Origin: Haliotis rufescens
Lineage: Eukaryota
Direction: 5' to 3'
DNA length: 64,000 bases
Assembly: GCF_023055435.1 (NCBI RefSeq)
Contig: NW_025963879.1
Location: 14,818,001-14,882,000, forward strand
How positions within the stretch are numbered: position 1 is the first letter of the stretch; each line of letters begins with the position of its first letter. The notes below the pieces were generated by a model that worked only from the letters and a program-made list of their open reading frames with translations, made no database searches and was not told the origin of the DNA. The position numbers and the translations under genes were made by a program. Shown one piece after another: positions 11,631-24,654 of this stretch.

Positions 11631-14600
11631 TAACATGCATAACATATATATTTGTTTCACAATTCCGTTGTACCAGTTAATGTAGGTTTGTATGGTGGTT
11701 GTATCTACATAAATATGAAGGGGTACAACGTAACGAAAGTACATGACACAGATACAGGTTTTCTACCCCTAGTTGCGAAGTTCAACCGCTTATTATGAGT
11801 CAAATACATGCCTACATGCCCACATGCATACAACTTAAAACTCTGCTAATGAACTGTAGATGAATACTGTGTCAGACTGTGTTTTGTTAATAGAGGCGAG
11901 AGCGGTCATAACACCTACCTGTACAATCGTGTTCGGTTGAGCAAAGGGACGTTATCTCGCGACAAACCGCTACTAATATTAGCTCCCTTGCCATAGCGGT
12001 TTTATTTCACCTGCTGTTCGTCCTAGAAGTGCTTGTCCCTTCCCTGATATTGGCTGATATGGATGATGATGTTATTTTTATTCAGTTTAATTGGCTATAT
12101 TCACAAAAAACAACTTTATCAATAACGGTTGAATTAACATTTCGGAGTATTACTTTTTTACATTGAAAGTTGAGAGGATTGCACATCTCCACAACGAAAT
12201 ACTAATTTAAACAGTTAAGCAGACGAAAGGTGAGGAAGGGCATGCTTCAGTTGTAACTACATTTATATCTGTAACTATGCATTTTTACAGTTCAACATCA
12301 GCTCTGTATAAAACAGCTTTATGAATATCATAACTTGAATTTTGTTGTTGTTTATTTGTAGCTTTATTATTCCACAATATACACTTGTTCTCAGTCTACG
12401 TTTGAAGATCACCTGCGACATAATGGCAACAGTAACGCACACCATAACCTCAAAATAGGCGCATCGTATATCATTATTTAACAGTTTGTCTGCTTTTTCA
12501 TAACCAATGTTACGCTTGCGAGGACGGCCCAACAATCATACACATAGGGGGTTGCGAGAGTCGAGTGGTGAAGGGGGTGGGTTGTTGTGGTGGTGGGGGT
12601 ACGTGTGGGAGTGGTCAGTTTCAGTGATATAGGCGTAGACTGGTTCCCTGCCCTGGTTACAACCCCATGCGTGTAAGCGAGTAGGCTGACATTGCTCATT
12701 TCCATAACAAAAGTAGACTGACTCATCATATCCAACTTCCTGGTTTAGCTACACAGTTCAATGTATAACTTCGGCCATCGGGACTCGTGACAGCCCCAAT
12801 AATACCATAAACAACACATATCACATGGACAAGTGCATGAATATACGAATACATGTCAATATTTAACACGTCCATCAAATATATATAGATCTATTTCACA
12901 TTTCCGTTGAACCAGTAAGTGCGGGTTTGTATGGTGTTATGTATGAACATAAACATTGAAGGGGAACAACATAACGAAAGTACACGTCACAGTTACAGGT
13001 TTTCTACCCCTAGATGCGAATCTCAACTGGTATTATGAGTCAAACACATGCTCACACACATACAGCTTGAAACACCGCTAATGAATTGTAGATGAATTCT
13101 GTGTCAGACTGTGGTTTGTCTATTAAGGAGAGAATGGATATGACACCTACCTGTGGAATCTTGTCAATGTTGAGCAAAGGGACGTAATGTCGAAACAAAT
13201 CGCTACTAATATTATCTCCCTTGAAATAACGAAACATTTTCAAACATACACATTACACAGCTCTATCCCCGCCCGAAAGGTACTATTTTCAAGATTGGAA
13301 CGAAGTGATACTTAATATTGGTTACAAGCACTGACGTAGTAACCAATAAAAAAACGACTCCTCAAACTTGAACGACTCCCTCGACGACAATTATAATGAC
13401 CATTTCGCCGACTCCGGGTACTTCATTTCCTTCATAGAAGATGATCAAATCCGGGGTAGGATCAGCATTGAATATACCTTTTAGTATTTGCCGCAATCAG
13501 AAGAAGGTATAATGACATTTTACAAAGATGGCAGAGAATTGATCTTGTTTCAATTTTAAACAGTAATCATTCTTTGGAATTCCAATATTTACATAATGTA
13601 AATCAATAGGCCACCCCTCAGTTGATTTATTGCATTTGGTGTCCAAAGTCATACCGACGTCCCAATGTAGGCGAGCTGTGTTGAGCGCACGGAAATTGTA
13701 GAGTAGTGAATAGGGCCCGCACTACAGCCCCGATGCTGTCATGTTTGATTGTACAATGAGGGGGCACGGGTGGCCCATTCGTCCAAGGCGCCGCTATTCG
13801 CTGTGCAGAGTTGCGTCTCTTGGGCACGCCAGAAACCTATGATTGTGGGTTCGAATCCCTGCTCGCCACGATCATGTTTCTAGGTTTGTCAGCACCATAC
13901 TCGTGCTCGTGGGTTTCATCGAAGTGGTAAACGTGGTGACCTGCATCACTTCGGGCTTTCCTCCCACATTAAGCTGACACGCCGTGATTTAACTGGAATA
14001 CTGTTTAAAGCGGCGTTAAACCCGACTCACTCACTCATTGTAAAATGAGTTGTCTGTTTATATGCTGGTATCTTCGGTTTAAGGTGTTTAATATTGAAAC
14101 TAGTATTTATTTACAGAAACCAAACATGAGTTTTATTGAGATAATCGTTTTTTTAAATTAAATTAAATTAAAAATAAATCTACATAGCTGGTATTTCTTT
14201 TAGATGTCCATCCCCACTTTTTGGAAGTAATTTATATATCATTACGATAACTGGCGTTGTTTTTTAGACAAAGGTAATGACGAGGGACGATAAAACATGC
14301 TAAGAGCATTTATTCAAACCATTTTCAGCGGAAGAAGCTGTGAGGGGAAGACGCCCTAAGATAGAAGTGGGTAAAAAGTTCACATTTCTGTCTAGGGATA
14401 TTTTGGCAACTACAGTTCATCCAAAACTAAAAAGACAAACAAAATTAAAAGTGTATACAGAACAGAAGTACTACAAAAAGACCATACAAATTGAAATTGT
14501 CAACCCAAAGACAATCTACATTTAAGGTACGGTTTGTGATACGATATATTGTAAAGAGGACCAAGCGTGAGACAGAAAGACATAATCATGATCAGATGGG

Positions 14601-16620
14601 ACGAAAGCACGTGTAAGGCATCATGGAGAAGGTGACTTTTGTACATCTTTTTGATGTTTTTAATAATGTTTTATTTTTAATGTAGAAAAGGGTGAGACAT
14701 TAATAATTCTCTTTCTCCCCTGCAGAAAATAAGAAGACAATTAATCAGCCCCTCAAAGTTATGTCGCCGAAGTTTGTCATGTGGAGCAGTTTCAATGTGA
14801 CAGGAGAAAACAGTATTTATTCACATCATAACTTGAATTTGGTTGTTTTTCATTTGTAGTTTAAATATTCCACAATACACATTTATTCTGAATTAACCTT
14901 TGAATAACAACCACAACATTAAGGCAAAAGTAATCGAGTAAGCTGATTTTTCCTAGACTGACGAAGCATGTTCACCTTCCTGGTTTAGCTACACAGTTCA
15001 CGGATCTACTAATATATGCTAATTTTTAACATGCATAACATGTATATTTGTTTCACAATTCCGTTGAACCAGTTAATGTAGGTTTGTGTGGTGATTGTAT
15101 CTACATAAATATGAAGGGGTACAACGTAACGAAAGTACACGACACAGATACAGGTTTTCTACCCCTAGTTGCGAAGTTCTTCCGCTTGTTATGAGTCAAA
15201 TACATGCCCACATGCATACAACTTAAAACTCTGCTGATATGGATGATGATGTTATTTTTATTCAGTTTAATTGGCTATATTCACAACTTAAAAACAACTT
15301 TATCAATAACGGTTGAATTAACATTTCGAAGTATTACTTTTTTACATTGAAGGTTGAAAGGATTGCACATCTCCACAACGAAATACTAATTTAAACAGTT
15401 AAGTAGGTGATATTTTCAAGATGAGGAAGGGCATGCTTCAGTTGTTACTACATTTATATCTGTAACTATGCATTTTTACAGTTCAACATCAGCTCTGTAT
15501 AAAACAGCTTTATGAATATCATAACTTGAATTTTGTTGTTGTTTATTTGTAGCTTTAATATTCCACAATATACACTTGTTCTCAGTCTACGTTTGAAGAT
15601 CACCTGCGATATAATGGCAACAGTAACGCACACCATAACCTCAAAATAGGCGCATCGTATATCATTATTTAACAGTTTGTCTGCTTTTTTCATCACCAAT
15701 GTTACGCTTGTGAGGACGGCACAACAACCATACAGATAGGGGGTTGCGAGAGCCGAGGGGTGAAGGGGGTGGGTGGTTGTGGTGGTGGGGGTACGTGTGG
15801 GTGTGGTCAGTTTAGTGATATAGGCGTAGACTGGTTCCCTGCCCTGGTTACAACCCCATGCGTGTAAGCGAGTAGGCTGACATTGCTCATTTCCATAACA
15901 AAAGTAGACTGACTCATCATATCCAACTTCCTGGTTTAGCTACACAGTTCAATGTATAACCTCGGCCATCGGGACTCGTGACAGCCCCAATAATACCATA
16001 AACAACACATATCACATGTTGCTACAAGTGCATGGATCTACGAATACATGTCAATATTTTTAACACGTCTGTCAAATATATATATTTCACATTTCCGTTG
16101 AACCAGTAAATTCAGGTTTGTATGGTGTTATGTAAGTACACAAATATGAAGGGGTAACAACATGACGAAAGTACACGTCACAGTTACAGGTTCTCTACCC
16201 CTAGATGCGAATTTCAACTGGTATTCTGAGTCAAATACATGTCCACATGCATACAACGTAAAACTCGAAATGTACAGGAATAGTGTGTGAGACTGTGTTT
16301 TGTTAATTGAGGGGAGAGTGGTCATAACACCTACCTGTGCAATCGTGTTCGGTTGAGTAAAGGGACGTAATGTCGCGACAAACCGCTACTAATATTATCT
16401 CCCTTGAAATAACGAAAACTCGGTTTCCAATCCCCAGTTGTTCACCTCAGAAGTGTTTGTCCCTTCCCTTACATTTGTTGATATTCCAGTTTAATTGCGT
16501 TTAGGAACAGCTTATATCAACGGCTATATCAATGCATGTTGTATTGGTATTTCAAAATATTACGGAGGTTTTACATTGACGGTTGATATGATTTCATATC
16601 TCCATAACGAAATACTAATT
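11631..16620. repeat. Array of duplicated TRIM/NHL 5' flank modules
   Basis: 11631-12830 matches 15020-16030; 12320-12850, 14820-15010 and 15510-16050 match 6990-7488; 12817-14065 matches 1-1250. Confidence 0.9.
13761..14037 (+). mobile_element. SINE family A, copy at the same site in the segmental duplicate
   Basis: Same insertion site and TSD as 945-1221. Confidence 0.9.
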
Positions 16621-16694
16621 CTGATGAAGGACCCCCAAGATGGGGACGGACATGCTGATGTTGTAATTACTTTTTTTTATCAATTTGATTGACA

Positions 16695-16800
16695 CTCATG
16701 ATGTCAATCACTGGTTTGTCTGGTCCAGACTAGTTCATTTACCGACCGCAGTCATATAGCTAGAATATTGCTGAGTGCGGCGTTAACCAATATACAACAG
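16695..16800 (+). mobile_element. Retroposon family D, 3' fragment
   Basis: catgatgtcaatcactgg..gtctggtccagact..gaatattgctgagtgcggcgttaa. Confidence 0.75.
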
Positions 16801-17080
16801 ACAACGATAGTGTAGGGCCGCCGTAGTACAGCTAGAATATTGCTGAGGATGTCGATAGTGTAGTTTTCTGTTCAGTTGTAGCTTTGATTTTGTTGGGTTT
16901 CCGTTGTTTTCATGTGTGAGGAACATAAAGAAGACCTTGATATCTTCCAGACTTCACCATCTCAAGATGTAGATAGACGATCAACACAGTCATGCCAGCG
17001 GTGTCTTGTGGTTGGATTGTCCATACTGATGATGATTCTGTTGTCAGGGTTGACGGCCACCACAACTGTACTTATCACCA

Positions 17081-17295
17081 NNNNNNNNNNNNNNNNNNNN
17101 NNNNNNNNNNNNNNNNNNNNNNNNNNNNNNNNNNNNNNNNNNNNNNNNNNNNNNNNNNNNNNNNNNNNNNNNNNNNNNNNNNNNNNNNNNNNNNNNNNNN
17201 NNNNNNNNNNNNNNNNNNNNNNNNNNNNNNNNNNNNNNNNNNNNNNNNNNNNNNNNNNNNNNNNNNNNNNNNNNNNNNNNNNNNNNNNNNNNNNN
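17081..17295. other. Assembly gap (other gaps at 32847-32992 and 37830-38028)
   Basis: Runs of N. Confidence 0.99.
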
Positions 17296-19149
17296 GCATT
17301 ATCAGGCAGCCTAACATCAGGTTGTATAGGGACCAACGTGATCAAGGGATCGTGGAATTTAGGAAAGAAAATATTTAATTGTTGGCAATGAAAGATCAGT
17401 TTTCACTAGGTCTAGGTCAAGCAAACCTTGTGACAATTTTTGCACCCATTGACAAGTAGTCTTGCTTATATATGAGATCTGCCTTCTCTAGAGGTTTGCG
17501 TGCAGACAGTGGACAATGTACATGACAAGTATGCATATCAATTATATGAATCTCCAGTCAACTGAACATATGTATAAAGAAATGAATACAATTTTGTTTG
17601 CATATTTGCATTAATAACCATTAACGTAATGTGAATGTATTTACGTTCTAAGTGCCTTTTTTGCTATATATTGTAGGTTGTTCCACATCCAGCAAGTGCC
17701 ATTCCTGTAGGTCCAGAAATGCCAGGTGTCCAGTGAACGGCACCATGGCTGAAAATGACCCCCCATTGAGTCATGTCCTATCCATTAGGTACCGCCTGCT
17801 ACTCCGGTGTCAGATACGACGACGGTTGGTAAACGTTAACACCTTGGAAGCCGAGTCGAGTTATTTTTCTGACGCATATTTCATAAGTTCTGAAAATTGA
17901 ACGTTGTGCAAGAATTGCGGCACTGGGTCTACCTCTGACTACAAAGATACACAGAGACGTAGAATATGTAAATTAATCTTAAAATTTAAAGTGGTTTGAA
18001 AAACAGACACTGCTAAGTGTTGTCCGAGATTTTGTTATGCGAGAAAAAAAGCAAAGACGATTTGTCATTTGATTCTAAAATGTATGAGGAATGCAGGGAT
18101 GTATGTATCGTAGTGTGTGTGTTCTCGTAGGTGTAAAATATATGTGGTTTAATAGGCGTCTCATAACCGGTATGCGTGACACGTGATTTTGTTCTAAAAC
18201 ATTCAAAAGGATTCAAGTGCTATTGGCGATGTTTCAGAGTGATCATTGGTAGTGATCTGAAAAAAACGAGATACCATTGATAACTAATATGCTTATTTTT
18301 GTACATTCTCCGAGAAAATATCCAATATTTAGATGTCTAAACATTCCCGAATTAACGCTGTGAATAGTGGTTTAGTAATATGTCAAAAATGGCGAGATTT
18401 ACGATGAACCTAATTTTCGTTTTCAGTAATTTTTCTTTGCCTAAAATGACAGCGGATGATACCACTGAACAGAATGTTTGCCTCGTAATGCAAAACTGTG
18501 ATGTGATTATGGGTGTGCGTGATGCATTTCCAATATTATTTGACTTTAAAGTGAGGGTTGAAGAGGAGGGAGATATCTGTCCCGGTGGCATCATGCGGGT
18601 TAAGACAGATAGTGAGTGTGAGTGAGGGAGTTGAGTTTAATGCCGCTGTGAACAGTATTTCAGTTTTATCACAGCGAGTCAGCTAAGTGTGGAGTATGAC
18701 TCACTGCACGTGATGCAGGACTCAGATATTTACCTATGCTGGATGGCAAACCAAGGATCATAATCAGGATATGTATTCGAAAGGTAGGTTGTTGTTAGGT
18801 ATCAGCAGATCCTGGTACTTCAACCTAACTCTGCGCATCTGATTATAGCATATTTTCTTTTATATAAGAATATATTATTGTGGCAAAGTTTGCTGTTACA
18901 TACTGTGGGCTACTACTAAAGACTTATTATACACTAACGTCAGGAATATCCAGTAATCAACACCATCTTATGTAAATATTGATGCAAGTTGACTTCGCCT
19001 CAAAAGAGGACATCCAGGTCTCAAGTGTAAACCACATGTTCGGAGCTGGAATATTGCTGAGTGCGGCATCAAACAACAAACAAACATATTTGGGGAGTTT
19101 GGTTCCTGGGAGTTTTGTCCTCGGTCCTGCCCAACACTGAAGGACATGT

Positions 19150-19430
19150 AACACATGTGGTGTTTTTTAGGTCAAGTGACTTCGTTCGAACTGTGTCTCT
19201 GTTTACCAAGCAGTGAATGGGTACCCGGTAAGATGAGATGGCAACGTGGCTGTTAACCGTCCAACCCCCCTATTTACAGGCAACTTGGGTCTTATACCCC
19301 CCAGGGAGCTGAGAATGATTGTTGTGTGCACACTGATCCATTGACCGGGAGTAGTCTTCTTCTTCTTATAAAACAATTTGAGCGCCACGATGATTGTACG
19401 TCGAGGTATGGGACTATAGGAGTACTATAT
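19150..19430 (+). mobile_element. Old CORE-type SINE remnant
   Basis: gtctctgtttaccaagcagtgaatgggtacccgg resembles the invertebrate CORE domain; degenerate L2-like 3' end. Confidence 0.45.
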
Positions 19431-19793
19431 TCGTACATGTAATTGAAGCTTCCCTACCTCCTCATTTGTGCTTTAGGTTGTCCGGAGAAGCCACAGAACA
19501 TGACAAAAAAATACACTTTGTTGATCAGTGACACGTATGTTGTTACAGCAATGTGTATTTGCTGTTTGGGGAGGAATAATACACGTAGAAGGTATTAGTG
19601 TTTCCGTAATCACCAAAGCATTGCTGAACATCAGAAAATTATGCATTACAATTGAAGGACGTTTACTCATATTTTTATCTGTCACTGCATGATGTGCTTG
19701 TATGAAATGATGTCTGGTAGATGTTCTTCTATTCGAAGTTGAAAAATAATTTACGGACAAGATTTGCCCCTCATTTATTGTGATGTGAAAGGA

Positions 19794-20031
19794 GTGAGTG
19801 AGTGAGTTGGGTTTAACAGAGCCGCTTTTAACAGCATTCCAGTTATATCACGGCGTGTCAGATGAATGTGGGAGGAAAGCCTTAACTGATGCAGGTCTCA
19901 GACGTTTACCACTACGGTGAAACCCACGAGCAGGGGTATGGTGCTGACAAACCTAGAAACATAATCGGGGCGAACCGGGTTTCGAACCCACAATCATAGG
20001 TTTCTGTCGTGCCCAAGGGACGCAATGCTGC
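19794..20031 (-). mobile_element. SINE family A, 5'-truncated
   Basis: Reverse complement of family A; TSD TGATGTGAAAGGA. Confidence 0.88.
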
Positions 20032-21021
20032 TGATGTGAAAGGAAACGATAACATGTACCAATCGAATTATGAGAATTATTGATATTTTACCATGTTAGC
20101 ATTAACATTGTATTTTCCCCGACCACTTTTCATGATTTATGTCTATGAATAACATATATCTGTGTTCACATTCAAACAAACTGTCAAACAGTCAGAACAC
20201 TGGTATTACATCGCGCCGCTATGCTGGTAATAAAACATCAGATAGCGAACTTGGTGTTATATTGACCTACCAGCATTGCCATTGTATTATACCAGAATGA
20301 CCAATTTATCTTTAGATAATGACATTCAATTCATACTACACTCACAACGAGAATAATTATTTTACATCAACCTATCCAGTATTATAAAGTAAAATATTAA
20401 AGACACATGTAGTCACACATTTGCATTATTTTTCTGGTTACATAGTTCGTTTAATATTCTGATCTAAGTTCATACACTCATGTCCTATGTGTCTACCAAT
20501 GGAAAGCTGGTATGTTTTCTTCGTGTGTTTGAAGTTTTTCATATTAACTATGATTTATTTTCTTTCAATTACTTACACATAACATGCGATTGTGTCAGTG
20601 TTTATGTTTAGTCACCCTGGTGTTTTATGAGGAATGGTATGTTTTGTGCAGTAAAGTATTAATAAAATAGGTGGTGTCTGTAATAAAATTTGTTTTTAAT
20701 ATTTTAATTCAAACATTATTTTTTTCATTCTTTGTTGTATATGCAAGTATATGGGTGTCTTTGAATCACTTCATTGAAGGTTGTTCCTTGGGATGGTATT
20801 GTGATTCCAATATGTCCACTTTATCATGTGCTATTACGACTGTATCGTCACTATATGGCTGATGTTGCCGATGTGACGTAAAGCATTAACTCACTCACTC
20901 ACTATTACGACTGTATCTAATTGAAGAACCCCTTATGTAAAAAGTAGTGCAATAAACGTCTCGAATAGTCTATTTCTCTTTTATACTGGGGTATGATCAG
21001 GGTAAGATCAGTGTTGTTGTG

Positions 21022-21260
21022 TGAATGTCACGTTACACCACCTATGGTTGTCAGTTCAGTCATTTAGGGTCGCGACAAAGTGTCTTTATAAACAGTTTAG
21101 GTGTAACCCTTTCTTATTTAGGTAATTGTGCATAGTATATAGGTACTATCTGCACTATAGGGTTTGTCAACAAGAACTTGTAAAGTAATTTATGCCATTA
21201 AAGATCGAGGCTATATATCTCAAGCCTACTCATTTCTACACGAGACTACCCACGTTTTCA
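21022..21260. mobile_element. Possible solo LTR
   Basis: TG..CA ends, near-TSD ttgtg/ctgtg, ATTAAA followed by a pyrimidine-rich U5-like stretch. Confidence 0.35.
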
Positions 21261-21714
21261 CTGTGTAATTAACACCAACAAGGCGTGATTACACAAAGGT
21301 GTTCTACCAGTGAACATGAAGATAACGTAAATGGCACTGATGTTATTTCTGAAATCAGTCATTGTTCACGGACCTGTGTTAGTAAAATAGTTAAATACCT
21401 GATTATACAATTTAGTCTTTAGTCACTGGACATGAATTGAATGTTTTTTGCTTCTGAATAATATAACTGTTTTACAGTGCCAGACAAACATGGTACACTA
21501 ATAAAAAAATAAATAACGTTTCTTGGTACTCATTTCTAACATTCCCCATGTATATTTTAATAATGACAAGGAGTATTGTGGATATCAACTTCTTTATCAT
21601 AAATACGCAAAGTTTCAGGGCGACTTCTTGCGCTTCACAATCAAATGACAGGGTAGGGGAAAACGACACAAATACATACAATTAAAGCTATTTGTGATAA
21701 GATTAAAGTTGCGA

Positions 21715-23860
21715 TACAGACAGACAATTTTTCAATAAAAGGCCACTGGCCCAAAATACATACATATGCAGGAATACATAAAGCCTGCGAAAAATGACAT
21801 ATTTACAAACTGGGAAAATTTACATTATTTACATTTTTTATTTATTTTTTTATATTTTTTAAATACTTATTCGTAGTGGATTATTTGCTATTTACCCTAA
21901 GTTGATAGCTTTGGTAAGAAAAATACATATTTTATATAAGGTATCATATGCATCTGAGGAAATAATAGAGATAAAGTTATGCTGAAGGTTAGAGGTAATA
22001 TATTATCTAAAAGTGCATTACGAAGGGAGCTGTAGGATTCACAAATAAATAATACATGATATTCATTTTCAATAAAGTACTTATATTTAGATAGAAAGAG
22101 AGAGCAGAGTCTTTCTTCATATGGTGTGGCATGGTATCTTCTAGTGTTTACTGCTATTGGAAAGTTACTGCATCTGAAGCGTGATAAAATCCTTTTTAAG
22201 TGAGATGGAAGTGGTGAATGTAGAGATATTCAACATTTAGTAGCGCTTTAAAATGTTGATAGGAATAAGAGTCAGATAAACTGTTCACATTTACGCCCCA
22301 GGTTTGCTGCAAGTTGTCAAATAGTCTCTGTTTAAACATGGAAATAAAAACATTTTTATCCCCAACTTCTTGTGCTATCCATGCATATCCAAATCCAAAT
22401 CTGAATAAAATATTTTTAATGTGTGTGGCCCAGGTGGTGCGACCTGAATCATCCAGAACAGCTACCTTCTGGATATGGTAGTCTCTCAGGGCTCAGTTGT
22501 ATCAGCCTGCACCAGTACTTCACAGCTATTGTCATATATGTAAGCTGTAAAGGAGCTCTACCACACTCACCAAGCACCATCACATTACATGTATTTTTTG
22601 ACACTTTAAGAACAGATTTGCACACCTTAACTTGAATATCCTCAATGATTTTGCTGTAATTAACACCCCAGATTTCAGAGCCATAGCACAGGATAGGAGT
22701 TACAATACTATAAATAATTTTGAATAAATCTTTGCATGGAATATCACCAAGTTTCTTCTGATATCTATTTATGGCAAACACAGATTTGGAACTCTGGGCA
22801 GCTAAACATGTTTGAGCCTGGGTCAAGACAATTTTTGGGTGAACAAAATTCCTAAATATCTGTAAAAAACATCAATGCTTTCACCATTATATGACCACTT
22901 TTCATAACTTCTTAGGGGACCACCATTTCTAAATACCATTACTTTTATCTTCTTCAGATTGACTTTCATACCAGTTTGTAAACGGAATAAGTGTAGAGCA
23001 TCAATTTTCTTTTGTAGTTGAACTGCTGAATATGATACAGATGAAACATCATCTGCAAACATTATGGCAGAAACATTTTTAAAATCATGTGATATAAAAC
23101 CTTCTCCGCAGTCTTCAAGTTGAATAAAAAGCTGATTTATGAATATTATATATGTTGTGGACTCAAAATACAGCCCTGCCGGGTGCCAATATTAAATTCA
23201 AAATTATCAGTTAGTCCAGTTGAAGCCCTTACACAAGCACACAGACTTGAATACATTGATGAAATTATGTTGAACAGTTTACCCTTGATCCCAACATCAT
23301 GTAGGCTTTTCAGTAGATTATCATGTCTTATAGTGTCAAATACCTTTGAAAAGTCAACAAAGAGGCAGTAAAATCTCCCCTTTCTTCTCCCTGCATATTT
23401 TGTAGTCATTGCCTGCAGACTAAAAATGTTGTCAATAGTTGAATAATTGGACCTGCACGAGAGTTGCCTCCCTTTCAGTATACGTTTCCCTTCTTCCGGG
23501 TCCAAACAAATCCACCCATGTGCGATTGTTTCTTGGCAATCTTGTGTCATATTGTTGATCATGGGTAATGTTCTTTATTGATTTCGTGTTTCTGTCATAG
23601 ATGAACACCTCACCTTGGACTATCAACTTGTTGAGTCGCATTTTAGGTTGTTTTCCAGCTTCTTGAGCTTGGGCGAACCAGGGTGAGAGGGCTCGTCGAT
23701 CCTCGCGCACTGACTGTGGAAAATCCTCCTTCACTCGTGTCCTAGATCCCCGCTCCAGTGATTCCCGAGCTTGTTTGAATATCAAGCCCTTATCCTTGGT
23801 TAGGGGAAACCTGGCAATAATGAATGAGCTTTGTCTAGTCGTTCGTGTGCCCATATTTTA
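21715..23860 (-). mobile_element. Degenerate RTE-X-like LINE (ORF1 C-terminus fused to the middle of RT)
   Basis: ORF1-like RVKEDFPQSVREDRR..MRLNKLIV. RT motifs YSTIDNIFSL, FVDFSKVFD, GTRQGCILSP, FADD and LCYGSEIWG. 3' end gggccagtggcc..(tgtc)n at ~21715-21752. Confidence 0.85.
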
Positions 23861-24654
23861 CATGCAAACATTTGGATTTTTCAGTTGTCCGAAGGGTGTG
23901 TTCGTGTAACAGTATATCACCTCTGTGATATACACGACATGTCTGGGTCATGGTGCATGGAAACTACACGAGAAATATACGTATGAAACATTTAACTTAC
24001 ATATCTATAAAATTCAAGGGAAAATGATTATTTAAGTCGACAATTTTATCTGATATACATTGCGAACATTTTTGCAACTTAAAGTATCACCTAGAAAACT
24101 ATCTTGGCCACTGATCATTGTTGGGTCAGTGGGCTTAGGTGTTATAATAAGAGTTGCATAGTAGTGCAGAGATCTGATGTTCCTGGTTTTAAATCCGTGT
24201 TTCGTCTACATAATGACCCTTGGTCTATCAGCACTATACCTATTCTCAAGGGTTTAACAAAATGGTAAACATCTAGCTATAGATCCTGCGTCCCTAGCCG
24301 TAATATAACCGAAAACATGTTCCAAAAGAAAAGAACACAACTCACTTACTCATCAAATGTTGAAAACAGAAAAGTCTCCTCATACACCCATTAGGAATTT
24401 TCTTAAATACTGGTACATTAAGATTCCAATAAGGCGTCAACATCTTCAAAGGAACAAATTCCATACGCCACTTCTTGTTGGGACCCCTGCTCTTCACAGC
24501 TTGACAGTTCTTTCTGAGAACACATGACGGAGTGACATATCGGATAGCACCCTCAGTCTTTCTTCGGAAATGATTATTCATTTCCTAAACATTTGTATAC
24601 AGCTGTGACCTCTTCAACGAGGAATATACTGTACTTCTACCGTTTTCTACACAG

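Noticed and set aside
16621-16660. Hammerhead-like CTGATGAAGG-ACCCC..GGGG
   Set aside because: The GAAA core is missing (GGACA) and there is no Penelope context
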